Assembly: GCF_006345805.1 (NCBI RefSeq)
Contig: NC_043008.1
Coordinates: 6,014,001-6,078,000 of the forward strand
Direction: 5' to 3'
Origin: Octopus sinensis
Lineage: Eukaryota
Length of the DNA: 64,000 nt
The position numbers and the translations under genes are program-made. The notes under the pieces are model-generated. The model searched no databases. It saw only the letters and a program-made list of their open reading frames with translations, and was not told the origin of the DNA. The stretch's first letter is position 1; every line of letters begins with the position of its first letter. Shown in pieces: positions 1 to 11,735 of the stretch.

Positions 1-17
1 CAAAAGTATTGATTTCA

Positions 18-222
18 AATTTTGGCACAAGGCCAGCAATTTTGGAGGCAGGTGATAAGTTGATCACGTTGATCCCAGTCCAACCGGTACTTATTTTATT
101 GACCCCGAAAGGATGAAAGGCAAAGTCAACCTGAGTGGAATTTGAACTCAGAATGTGAGGATGAATGAAATGCTGCTAAGCAGTTTGCCTGGCATGCTAA
201 TGATTCTACCAGCTTGCCACCT
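18..222 (-). mobile_element. SINE family S2 (tRNA-derived), partial
   Basis: Carries the ...gaccccgaaaggatgaaaggcaaagtcaacc...gaatttgaactcagaa block that recurs in at least 7 other copies in the window. Confidence 0.8.
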
Positions 223-239
223 TACAACAGCAACAATAT

Positions 240-452
240 TCTTTTCTACTCTGGGCACAAGGCCGTAAATTTTTGGAGAGGGGCCAGTCGATTAGATCGA
301 CCCCAGTACGCAACTTGTACTTAATTTATTGATCCTGAAAGGATGAAAGGCAAAGTTGACCTCATTGGAACTTGAACTCAGAACGTAAAGACAGACAAAA
401 CACCACTAAGCATTTCACCTGGCATTTTAATGCTTCTGCTAGCTCACCGCCT
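240..452 (-). mobile_element. SINE family S2
   Basis: Same block as 18-222; second copy directly adjacent. Confidence 0.85.
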
Positions 453-665
453 CACAGCAGCAACAGCCGTTCAAGAATTTGGACCTGGAGATCTCCATTT
501 CCAGCGACTTCGAGGGCCACCTCCCAGTGGTGCCGGGTGTCAACGAAGAGCCCTCGACTACAAGATGACCAAAGTTTTTTTTTTCCAAGGTCTGGGGTCT
601 CCTTCCCCTAAGCCCTAGACCATCACCTGATCACCCTTACCCACCGTCTTTGTTGCTTAACAACA
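453..665 (+). other. GC-rich insert ending in an (AAC)n tail; possible 3' end of a young retroelement
   Basis: GC and CpG content well above the flanks; short frame PFKNLDLEISISSDFEGHLPVVPGVNEEPSTTR* followed by (aac)n. Confidence 0.3.
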
Positions 666-2452
666 ACAACAGCAGCAACAATATTAAAATCCTGCTAGTA
701 CAAGTTTTCCATCTGTCTCTAAAATGGTTGGTTCCAGCATAATTTTATATCACGTAAGAGGCTACATTTGGTCATTCATAAACATATGGTCTTCTTTTAT
801 GATTCCATTTTGTATTGTGTAAAGCCATGTAGAAAAGATTGGAGCATTTTTTGCAATAACGGAATACAAAATACAAACCTAGGAAGAGAAAATGGTGCAG
901 CAATAACTGAATCATTTTTTTAAAATTAACTTTTGCTAATTCATTAATGAAACGAAATCCTTCTGATGATAAATAGCAAACAAAAACTTGTTGTTTAATG
1001 AAATATTGTTGAGACAAAATAGCAAAAAAAATGGATCTTCAAGAAAAAAAGGCATTTGATGGAAATGATGCAAAAACAGAACAATAGAAATGACAAAAAG
1101 CTGCAAATGAAACACATGCATGTGTCTGTGTGTGTACATGCATGTGTGTGTGTATGTGCATGCGTGTGTGTGTGTGTAAAGGAAGAATACATTGGCAAAA
1201 GAAGCAGAAATAAGTAGCAAGTTATCTCATGAAACAAAAGTAGACATGATTCTTTTAAACCTTGGCTTGTATTGTCGAGTCATTTAATAAAACAGTTCTT
1301 TATATCCTCAAATCCAGCCTAAATTCCTAAACAGTTCATGCTTTTGAGATTCCACTTCCCAAACCCGAATGATATTTCTCTTTGAAAAACTGTGTATTGT
1401 TAGAAATGTTTTCTCTAGTTCCTACAGTTCACTTATAACAAAATCACATATTCCATCACCATTAATCCCCATTTTCAGTAATCAATTTAAAAGCTTCCAT
1501 GGGTTGTGTACTCAGCCACCTTGATAGCTTCATATATATAACATTCTATTGAAGTAGGATAAATCTGAAGGGAATACATTTTCAAGGTAGGTTTAAATAA
1601 TCAAATAATGTATTTGCGAAGAGTGTGAAGTGCTTACTGGAAAATTGTTAGTCTAAGGATCAGGAAAATCTAAATTCTTTTATTTTACGTCATCTCTGAT
1701 GTGATATTAAATTATTTCCTCAACATGGTTTCCTACTCCACAGAAATGTCAAAACTTCACAACTGAACAAAATATTTGCCATTTACACAATCATTTCTGC
1801 TACCCATTAGTGTGAAGCAAAAGTTATCACTATATCTGCTAAAAGTGAAACTATTCTTCCTCTCACTGCATTAACCATTTTCTATTTCAATTAATAATTT
1901 TTATTTTGATTAATTAGGACACTGACGCATCAGACCATTTGATCTTCTTGTTTCGGTTGCCACCAGTTTGTTTGGTTGAGTAAAATGTCATTCAAAAATG
2001 CTTATTGATGTCTTCTTTGTACAAGTATATTTGATAATTATGCCACTACACCACCCCGCCCACCCAACCACCACAATGAGTTAATGTTTGATTCAATGTT
2101 GATCCTCTTAATGATACCTTTATAAAACCAAATGAATTCTGTCACCAAAATTTTGTCTCAAAATAAAGCTTCAAGCTGAAATTTCAGAAAACAATCAATG
2201 TTAACTAAATATCCTTCAAAAATTCACTGATGTCCGTCTTAGACTGATACCAGATGCATCTCACTCTTGAAAAATCATCAGGTTGAAACCTCCAATTCAA
2301 GGTCATTGAAACTATTGTAGTGGTTAAGTGGGTATCGGTATGTGTTAAGGTGAACAAATGCGAGAAGCATGTGGATGACTTGGAAGTAAACAAATAAATG
2401 ACATCGATTCATAGTTAAAATAATTTATTTACTGTTCTTGCATTTGCCTTAG

Positions 2453-2536
2453 GTATACAATATTCTTCACTACATGTAATTGTTGACAACTGCTATGAGT
2501 TGCTAGTAATAGAAACAGGGCACATCTGTGGAGGAG
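2453..2536 (+). CDS. Candidate 84-nt internal coding exon, product unidentified
   Basis: Acceptor ttcttgcatttgccttag|G and donor GAG|gtatgt; only the phase-1 frame is open: (G)IQYSSLHVIVDNCYELLVIETGHICGG(G). Confidence 0.45.
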
Positions 2537-3969
2537 GTATGTCAGAACTGACTATGGTTTTGTGTGTGTGTGTCATTCATCTGAGAAAGCAGTCTGCCAA
2601 AGCCTTTCTTCTCTGCGTCCTGGGCCTTTCTTGTCTGTCCCTCAGCTGACTACAGTATTTATAACAGCCATGGCAGCTAGAAGGACAGACATACTGCAGC
2701 TGAGATTGTACCTAAATAGGTCAGCTCCTGTCCATTTGAACTCTGCCTGACATGGCTGAGGTCGTAGGTCAAATGGAGATGATTTATTTTTTGACAGGAC
2801 AAAGAAAACCATTTTTCTGTTGAACGTGGTGGTTTGGACAACCGAAAATCCTTAGATTCAGTTTCAAATCTAAGTTTGGAGAAGGAAGTCTTAATTTTTA
2901 CAATATCTTTGAACATCATTTCAAAACCTATCAACTCATTTGTTGATTCAAACTACTTAAATAAAATAAATATATGCAAATTATAATTAATAAGAAAACA
3001 ATATCTCAAATACTAAAATTGAACTTGAGTGAAAAATAAAGAGATCAACTCAGATCACAAAGAATAATACAAGAGAAATAACCAAATATTAGATAAGTCT
3101 TGAAAACAATGAAAATAACAGAAAAGGGCCAACATAACATTGAAGCCAGAACAATGAAGCCAAAAGAAGTGCAAGGAGAAAATAAGGTAATATCAAAACA
3201 AGAAATGGTAAGAAAGACCTCCATGGAAAATATAATTTGAATATCCAGACATAAAATATATACTTCTGACTCCATGTATAACAACCTGAATAATATTGAC
3301 AAGTAACATTATAGAAAATATAACAGAAATGATACACAGAATAAGGGAAGTGACCATAACAAAGAAGTCAGTCACAATTCTGGCCAGAACAACAGGCTGA
3401 CTAAATATGCTACTAAAAGATAAAAATGGTAAAGTGTTGTTGATAATTAAAGCTACCCTAAAAAGTGAACTCAATATGAAAAGCAGGATGGATGCCATCA
3501 ATATCCTGGTTATACTTGCTTTGATATCATAAAGTGATCCATCAACGAGGTAAGAAAAATTGAGGTAGAAATATGGAAGTTTTTAGCAATGCATTGTATG
3601 CATTGCCCAAAGGCAGGTGTAGACAGACTATACATCAAATGAAAGAATTGAGGATGTGGGTGGATGCAGCTGTAACTGTCCCTAAAGACAGCAATCATAG
3701 GGGTATACGCCTGTCTCAAGGACATCAATAACTGGATGCTTAAACTTGTCTGCAAATATGAAAGTACCAAAAATTGTTCTCAATTTCAGAAAAAAGAAAT
3801 GGAAGATATGAAGGAATTAAAGATCAATGATGAAACTAGAGGAAACAGAAGGCCTCACTGTGATAGAAAAACTAGTAATGGCAAAATCCAAATCAAATGG
3901 AACCTCAGAGCTGTGAAACCAATGAAAAAATAAAACATTGCCTGGCAAATACCATATGAGGGTCAGTAT

Positions 3970-4140
3970 TCATCATCATCATTGTTTAACGTCTGCTTTC
4001 CATGCTAGCATGGGTTGGACGATTTTGACTGAGGGCTGGTGAACCAAATGGCTGCACCAGGCTCCAGTCTTGATTTGGCAGAGTTTTTACAGCTGGATGC
4101 CCTTCTTAACGCCAACCACTAGTGGGTGCTTTTTACATGC
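3970..4140 (-). mobile_element. SINE family S3 (tail ...ccaacccatgctagcatggaaagcggacgttaaacgatgatg), partial
   Basis: Reverse complement of the S3 3' end with a (cat)n tail. Confidence 0.85.
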
Positions 4141-4352
4141 CGGTCAATATTCTTGATCTCAATACAGATATGACCCATCAATGGTCAGCTGCATCTGGCC
4201 TTGAGCCAGAAACAGAGGGCTTCGTTATAGCAGCTCAGGATCAGTACCTGCCCATCACAAACTGCTCAAGCAATAATTTTTAAAAGCGGTTTTGATCCTG
4301 CCTGTCACTTTTTGTGGTGCAACCAGAGAAACTTGGTTTCATATGAATATAT

Positions 4353-4737
4353 AGGTGCAGGAGTGGCTGTGTGATAAGTAGCTTGCTTACCAACCACATG
4401 GTTCTGGGTTCAGTCCCCCTGCGAGGCACCTTCTACTATATCCTTGGGCCGACCAAAGCCTTGTGAGTGGATTTGGTAGATGGAAACTGAAAGAAGCCCA
4501 TCGTATATATGTGTGTGTTTGTGTGTATGTTTGTGTGTCTATGTCTGTCTCCCCACTATCACTTGACAACCGATGGTGGTGTGTTTGTGTCCCCGTAACT
4601 TAGCGGTTCAGAAAAAGAGACTGATAAAATAAATACTAGGTTTACAAAAAATAAGTCCTGGGTTCAGTTTGCTTGACTAAAGGTGGTGCTCCAGCATGGC
4701 CACAGTCAAATGACTGAAACAAGTAAAAGAATTAAAG
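4353..4737 (+). mobile_element. SINE family S1 (tRNA-derived), full length
   Basis: Head ggagtggctgtgtg..taag with B-box-like gggttcagtccc, internal (TG)n, tail cagtcaaatgactgaaacaagtaaaag. Confidence 0.9.
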
Positions 4738-4994
4738 AATATAAATTTCCACTTGGCCACTGTTTGCACTGTAAGTCTGGACTCCCATATGAGAAGATCT
4801 GGTTGGAACCTAAGCCTGCCAAATTGTAGAAAATATAGATATTACTGTTCTTTGAGATCTTAGTATTTAAACCAACCATGTCATACAGGTCAATAGACCA
4901 GATATTATGGTATAAATTCAGGTTGCCAAAACATGCCTGTTCACTGATATGTCAATTCCAGGAAATTGTACCACTTCTGTAAAAATCAATTGTA

Positions 4995-5165
4995 AAGTTT
5001 ATCCTTTCGTTATCAACCCGGCTGAAACCAGCTCTGGCTCTGGTTACAAATGTCCTGTTTTCATAAGTTTTGAATGAAAATCTTCCACCAAACCTTAGTC
5101 ACAATTTATGTTCCTAACACCAGCTTAATGATAACTAAGTTATTTTACTAAATTCTTTGTTATGG
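4995..5165 (-). mobile_element. piggyBac-type MITE family M1, partial
   Basis: Reverse complement of the 24370-24597 element. Confidence 0.75.
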
Positions 5166-5760
5166 ATCACCATGTCATGCACATATGGTTGTGATGCATG
5201 TGCCTGGTGTACCTTTATCAGACAAGTAGTCATGATGGGTATACTGGGCTTTGTATATTCTACCCCAGTGTCACTTTGATGGCATGCGCTGCTCTCTAAC
5301 TCAATGATAATAATAATAATAATAGTGGTAGAAAAAGTAAAAATATTTTATGGTAATTTTGACCTCATGTTCACTGATTTAAAATCTGAGTCAAAGATGA
5401 TGTTAGCTTTTCTCAAAGTCCAATACAATAAGTCAGAGACATATACTAAGATTAGGTCACTGGTAAAAAGTGCAATAATGGAGTAAACATCTTGCTATCA
5501 TTATTCATTGCCAACATATGCATGAACAAGGCCAGGGTGAGAGACAGACGGGTGTACCTATGTATATTCACATATACATACATACTTAGACACACACACA
5601 CACACATACATAAATGTTGAACAATGAGAATGAGTGCTCAATACCGCATTGGTGGATAACCAACGTAAATAGAAAACTGGAGGAGAAATACTCTTCATAA
5701 CTCTTGGGATATATTAACTGGAAGCTAGAGAATAATATTGGCAGCACTAAAAGACTCTCC

Positions 5761-5850
5761 TTAACCCTTTCTTTACTGTATTTCTGTTGAGATACTTTGT
5801 TTCTTTCAATTAATTTTAAATGAAACAAAGAATTTAGTAAAGTGTTAAAC
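5761..5850 (+). mobile_element. MITE M1, 5' fragment
   Basis: ttaaccctttctttactgtatttctgttgagat matches the M1 left end. Confidence 0.7.
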
Positions 5851-5994
5851 ACACTTCTACATTTGGGCTGATGCACATTAGAAGCAGTTGGAAGGGTGTG
5901 GATTGAAGGAAATTTAGGCTATTACTTCTAGTATACAGAGTGACCACATTGAGGTTTCTTTCTTTCATGTTTTCTGCTGATTATTTTTCTTCTT

Positions 5995-6222
5995 AATCCT
6001 TTTGTTACCGTATTTCTGTTGAGATGCTCTGTGTTTCTTTCAATTAATTTTAAATATAACTAAGAAATTAGTAAAATAACTTAGTTACCATTAAGCTAGT
6101 GTTAGGAACATAAATTGTGACTAAGGTTTGGTGGAAGATTTTAATTCAAAACTTATAAAAACAAGACATTTGTATTACAGAGCCAGAGGTGGTCTCAGCC
6201 AGTTTGGTATCAAAAGAGTAAG
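5995..6222 (+). mobile_element. MITE M1, near full length
   Basis: Colinear with 24370-24597; TIRs are degenerate. Confidence 0.8.
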
Positions 6223-6282
6223 GCAGTAGTTTGGCAGAAGTATTTGAACTTCTTGTAGCAAGCTTTACAACAGTCGATAAAG

Positions 6283-6490
6283 CAGCCAGCTGGCAGAATG
6301 GTTAGCATGCTGGGAGAAATGCTTAGCGGCATTCTGTCTACGTTTATGTTCTGAGTTCAAATTCCGCTGAGGTCGACTTTGCATTTCATCCTTTTGGTCT
6401 CAATAAAATAAATACCTGTTTCGTACTGGAGTCAATGCAATAGTCTTATCCCCTCCCCCAAAACTGCTGGCCTTGTGCCCAAATTTGAAA
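6283..6490 (+). mobile_element. SINE S2
   Basis: Head gctggcagaatggttagc..gttctgagttcaaattccg followed by the shared central block. Confidence 0.8.
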
Positions 6491-6519
6491 TCAAACACAC
6501 CCCTGCTGGTGGCACATGG

Positions 6520-6722
6520 AAGGCACTCAGCACACTCTACGAAGTGGTGGGCATTAGGAAAGGCATCCAGCCAAAGAAACCAAGCCTCAGCAGACAGTTG
6601 GAGTCTGGACAGTTCCCTGCTAGCCAGCTCTATGCCAAGCCGTCCAACCCATGCCAGCATGGAAGATGGACATTAGAAAATGATGCTGATGATGAGGATG
6701 ATGATGACAATGATGAAGATGA
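6520..6722 (+). mobile_element. SINE S3, 3' part
   Basis: ggcattaggaaaggcatccag...ccaacccatgccagcatgga followed by (gat)n. Confidence 0.75.
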
Positions 6723-6729
6723 ATAATAG

Positions 6730-7045
6730 ACTCTCCTGGGCTTGAAACAGAGATACATGATATCTCATCTGGAAGGCTACGTCTTTGCTATTCAAAAACC
6801 AAGAGACAGCAATTAAATACCTGATCAGCAAGTGAGATAAAGAAGTTTCTAAACCTTCAGAATATGATAGGAAATATCGATTTTGCTATACCAGAAGAGA
6901 TAAAAGAAGACACCCACATTATCTGTAGTTCTATTGACTGTCATCAAGATACCAACTAAAACTATGTACAATACATGGAGAAAGTGTCCAATTGATTATA
7001 CTAAAAGCTCACCACAGCTGCATCTGTATACTTACAGACAAAGAA
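6730..7045 (+). mobile_element. R4/Dong-like LINE fragment
   Basis: Frame fragment HLEGYVFAIQ..AIKYLISK resembles 35340-35390 and the RLE-LINE xEGxxxAIQ motif. Confidence 0.55.
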
Positions 7046-7050
7046 TGAAG

Positions 7051-7412
7051 ATTATTTACATTATTTACATTTGACGGATATTTGCCCTCATCTTGTTTGT
7101 TGTTAACACAACATTTCGGCTGATATACCTTCCAGCCTTCATCAGGTGTCTTGGGGATATGACGTAGTGATTAAGAGCATGGGCTACTAACCTGAAGATT
7201 CTGAGTTTCATTCCAAGCAGTGACCTGAACAACAACAACAACAATGATAATAATAATAATAACATCGAAAAAATACTTTAGGAATGAAAACCCAAGTTCG
7301 AAATTTCCCCAGGACACCTGATGAAGGCTGGAGGGTATATAGCCAAAACGTTGTGTTAACAACAAACAAGATGAGGACAAATATCCGTCAAATGTAAACA
7401 ATGTAAATAATG
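7051..7412 (+). mobile_element. P1 element copy A: inverted truncated body + tRNA-like head + HHR-containing body
   Basis: 7051-7157 is the reverse complement of 7307-7412; head at about 7158-7230. Minus-arm HHR (7105-7150) differs in its core only by C15.2>U; plus arm has GAAA>AAAA. Confidence 0.85.
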
Positions 7413-7424
7413 TTAAAAAGGTGT

Positions 7425-7690
7425 TGTTCATACATGATAATGTAAGACTACATATTTCCTAAGTCATTTAAGAAAAGGTTATGACACTAAATATAGAAGT
7501 TCTGCCTCATCCTCCTGAGCTTGTACAGTGTGGTCTACAGGGAAAACAGTTTATTAGTTGTGAAGAGGTTAGATATGATATGGTTGGTTTCTTTGCTTTG
7601 AAACTTGAAAAATTTTACAGCCAAGGGACCAGCAATTTGATGAATAGATGATGATATGTAATCAAAAATGAATGGAAATATCATCTTGAT
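7425..7690 (+). mobile_element. mariner transposase 3' fragment
   Basis: HDNVRLHIS...NIEVLPHPP resembles the mariner HDNARPH / LPHPPYSPDL region. Confidence 0.6.
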
Positions 7691-7829
7691 TTACCATTTA
7701 GCACAAATTTTCTACCTGCTCTATGTTTGAAACTGGTCAGAACTGGCCTCTCACACCTGTCCTAGAAAGTCAGTGTAAAAATAAACAGTCACATTAAGGA
7801 AATCTCAAAGCTACAAGGTAATGCATAAA

Positions 7830-8215
7830 AAGCACCTTTTGAGCATTGGGCCTCATGGAAACAAGGTGGCCAATGCCAGTGACACATGCAAATCACCTTT
7901 TAAGTGTTGGGCCTCATGGAGGCAATGACAAATGACCAAGACCTTTAGTGTAATGCTGTGCTTTAGAAGAAGACCCTGCCGAACCAAGTGAGATTGCAGT
8001 CGTGGCAGATACAGGTGTCATACAAATGGCACCCATGCCGGTGGCATGTAAAAGCACCCATTACACTCTTGGAGTGGTTGGCGTTAGGAAGGGCATCCAG
8101 CTGTAGAAACCATACCAAATCAGACTGGAGTCTGGTCCAGCCTTCCAACTTGCCAGCCCCCAGTCAAACCGTCCAACCCATGCCAGCATGGACAACGTAC
8201 GATAAATGATGATGA
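7830..8215 (+). mobile_element. SINE S3
   Basis: S3 3' region and (gat)n tail. Confidence 0.8.
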
Positions 8216-8827
8216 ATGTGAATAAAGAAACATAACATTTAACAGAGTAATCTGAATGCTAAATGGTTAAGTACATTATTTATAACCAAAGGAGTATTTG
8301 ATTCGTTTCCATCTTAAACTGTAACAGGACATTCTTTCCAGCCTTCCATTGATTTTAGCCAAACTATGAACTAATTTGTTACAGCGACCACTGTCCATTA
8401 TTCTATTGTTGACCACAACCATATGATTTCCTTTGAAAGCATTCTCTTGTAGATATTGACCTGTTGCAGAAGTCAGAAGAGGGACAGACAAATATGTCAG
8501 CAATCCAGAGATGTTCACATTAACCAAAGACTGTTTTCTTTGACTTATATCTGGCTCCAAGTTGAATGTGAACTTGCCAAAATAAATGTGTGCCAAGAGA
8601 TAGACTTGTGATTCCATTCAATAGGAGATGTCTAGGTATGTTAACATGTGGAAATATTGAAATACGTATATTATATTTTTGATTCTTTCTTCCCCACCCC
8701 CCAAGACATTTAGACATGATAGAAACGAGTGTATGCATGTGTAAAGAATTACAATTTGAGGTTAATATTCAATTCAAAATATATACACAAACATTTCAGT
8801 CAATGTATGTGTATATATATATATACT

Positions 8828-9000
8828 CTTTTACTCTTACTTGTTTGTCATTTGACTGTGGCCATTCTAAAGCACTGCTTTTAGTTGAGCAAATCGACCC
8901 CAGGACTTATTCTTTGTAAGCCTAGTACTTATTCTATTGGTCTCTTTTGCCAAACCACTAAGTTACAGGGACGTAAACACAGACACAAACATATACACAC

Positions 9001-9044
<44 letters not shown>

Positions 9045-9237
9045 TATATATATAATGTATATATACACATATATATGATGGGCTCCTTTCAGTTTCCATT
9101 TACCAAATCCACTCACAAGGCTTTAGTTGGCCTGAGGCTATGGTAGAAGATGCTTACCCAAGGTACCACACAGTTGGACTGAACCTGGAACTATATGGTT
9201 GGTAAGCAAGCTACTTACCACACAGCCACTCCTGCAC
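8828..9237 (-). mobile_element. SINE S1, full length
   Basis: Reverse complement of S1 with an internal (TA)n/(CA)n tract. Confidence 0.9.
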
Positions 9238-9240
9238 TTG

Positions 9241-9280
<40 letters not shown>

Positions 9281-10179
9281 AATATATCTATATATCCAGA
9301 AGAAATCTAATAGCTACACAAGTCTAGGGAAATTTGTTGATTGAACATGAATTCTTTATAAAGCAAACAAGGAATTATTCAGTTAAAACAAATCTGTTAA
9401 TATTTGACAAGTTTACAGGCCATTTGTCACAAAGGTTTTGTGTCAGCTGTTTCGATTCAGTTTCGAACAAGTTTTCATATGAAATTATGGCTAAAATATG
9501 AAGCCGTAAGAGCAGAAATAAAGGTTCTTTGATGAGACTCAGCTTTATGATACGTGTCTATAAAATTATTATAAATACAATGAAAGAAGCTGATGCGAAA
9601 ATGGAAATAAACTTTAAGAGAAGTGAAGTATATAGAAGTGTTTAATTATATGACTGTAATTTGGAGCTTAATTAATAAGTTATGAAGAAAAATGAAAGCC
9701 GAATGGTTGTAATGAGATACTAAAGGTATTAAGTAAGAAATTTGTACCAGAACTTGGAAAGAAATTTATGTAAATATGAAGAAAAGGAAATTTAAAATTC
9801 CTTTGTTTTAATTGTGGAGGTTGAAACTTGAATAAAATTACCTTAAATAGATCGTCAAATGTCTTTTATCTCACATTAATTTATATTTTCTGAAACAAAT
9901 TTCAAGTTATGTTCCGCAGTGTGAAGATAAATCTAGGATCTTCTGGAACTCCTTGCCTTCATTTAATATCACTAATTACAAAACTACCTCCTTCCCCATC
10001 ACTAATCATCTCTTTAGTGAAATTTCTAATTATAAAAGGAACATTAATTAAGCTATTCTATGTTCACCTGATAAATAAATAAATAAATAAATAACACAAT
10101 GGGGATTCATTTAAGAAGACATAATTGTTTGTAATTTAGGGACAAGACAACAAATCTGTGGGGTGAGGATAAGACAATA

Positions 10180-10330
10180 GTGTGGACCCTAATATTTGAC
10201 AGGTATTTTACTTTATTGATCCCAAAAAGATGAAAGGCAAAAACTATCCTAAGCAGAATTTGAACTGAAACTGTAAAGAGCTGGAAGAAATGTTTTAAGA
10301 CTTTTTGACCTGATGTTTTACCGATTCTGT
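10180..10330 (-). mobile_element. SINE S2, degenerate
   Basis: ggtattttactttattgatcccaaaaagatgaaaggcaaaa is a diverged copy of the central block. Confidence 0.6.
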
Positions 10331-10465
10331 CAAATGAACGAGATGATGACGTTGGTAACGATGACAATTAGCAATGAGTGTAACATCATCAACATATATG
10401 ATATAATGATCATTAGTAATGAGTTGAGATAGCCAGGGTTGCTCGGGATTAAAACGACATAGTTT

Positions 10466-10530
10466 TTATTCTTTTACTTGTTTCAGTCATTTGATTGTGG
10501 CCATGCTGGAGCACTGCCTTTAGTCGAATA
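10466..10530 (-). mobile_element. SINE S1 3'-end fragment
   Basis: cttttacttgtttcagtcatttgattgtggccatgctggagcac. Confidence 0.8.
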
Positions 10531-10614
10531 AAATGAAAGGAAGAAGGAAAGATGGAGAAAGAAAGAAAGAATGAAGGATGGAAGATGCTATACTACAAAG
10601 TATATTAAACAATT

Positions 10615-10769
10615 TTGTGGTTGTGTGGTAAGTAGCTTCTTTACGAACCACATGGGTTCAGTCCCACTGCGTGGCACCTTGGGCAAGTGTCTTCTACTAT
10701 AGCTTCGGGCCAACCAAAGCCTTGTGAGTGGATTTAGTAGATGGAAACTGAAAGAAGCCCACCGTGTAT

Positions 10770-10835
<66 letters not shown>

Positions 10836-10838
10836 GGT

Positions 10839-10885
<47 letters not shown>

Positions 10886-11085
10886 ATATGTTTGTCCCTC
10901 CAACATCGCTTGACAACCAATGCTGGTGTGTTTATGTCCCTGTAACTTAGCGGTTCGGCAAAAGAGACCGATAAAATAAGTACTAGGCTTACACAGAATA
11001 AGTCCTGGGGTCGATTTGCTCGACTAAAAAAGGCGGTGCTCCAGCATGGCCACAGTCAAATGACTGAAACAAGTAAAAAAAGTAA
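10615..11085 (+). mobile_element. SINE S1 with expanded internal (TA)n
   Basis: S1 head and tail; 10764-10890 is (TA)n. Confidence 0.9.
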
Positions 11086-11191
11086 GTGAATACTGTGTTC
11101 TACTGTGTTGGCAGTGCTCTTACGTCACATGTTGAGGTCGTCTCAACAGGTTTTCTATAGAAACTTCAGACAACCAAAACTGATTCCGTTC

Positions 11192-11311
11192 TGACGTTTT
11201 GTATCCGAGACGCCAGATGTAAACAAACAATGAGATGGAGGATAATCTAAATTTTTTTCATCTTTGGTCACATTGTTTGTTTACATCCAGCATCTCAGAT
11301 GCAGAACGTCA
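11192..11311. repeat. Inverted repeat, 41-bp arms (MITE-like)
   Basis: tgacgttttgtatccgagacgccagatgtaaacaaacaatg versus cattgtttgtttacatccagcatctcagatgcagaacgtca. Confidence 0.75.
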
Positions 11312-11517
11312 TAACATTATCAGTTCTGGTTGCAGCTTCTTTGGAAAATCTGTAAGAGATGACCTTAATAATACGTGAAATAATTACTTTTTGTTTTGTT
11401 TCTTTTCTTTTTTTTCCTTTTTGTTTTTTCTTATAAATCTTTCAATATTGATGAGTTTCTGCCTCACGAAGGAAATAACACTATATAAGTTGATGAACAA
11501 TGCCAGTGCTGCGTCAG

Positions 11518-11519
11518 CA

Positions 11520-11563
<44 letters not shown>

Positions 11564-11639
11564 TAATAATAATGAAAATAATAATAATAATAGTAATAAT
11601 AATGAAAATAATGAAAATAATAATAATAATAATAATGAA

Positions 11640-11677
<38 letters not shown>

Positions 11678-11735
11678 AAATAAAAAGAAGAAGGAGGAGG
11701 AGAAGGAGGAAGAAGAATTGAAGAAGAAGAAGAAG
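11518..11735. repeat. (AAT)n grading into a (GAA/GAG)n microsatellite
   Basis: Seen directly; explains the poly-N, poly-L and poly-Y ORFs. Confidence 0.95.

Larger units (their letters stand above)
3050..5000 (+). mobile_element. Decayed R4/Dong-like (RLE-encoding) non-LTR retrotransposon, interrupted by SINEs
   Basis: Frame fragments HCPKAGVDRLYIK, LEPETEGFVIAAQDQYL and TNHVIQVNRPDIMV resemble the HPKADVDRLY, ETEGFxxAxQDQ and RPD motifs of RLE LINEs; many stops. Confidence 0.75.

Noticed and set aside
955-1015. CTGATGA...GAAA with a pairable stem II
   Set aside because: Two extra bases precede GAAA and no stem I can form
8276-8617. 113-aa minus-strand ORF
   Set aside because: No recognisable domain and no convincing splice pair; length within chance
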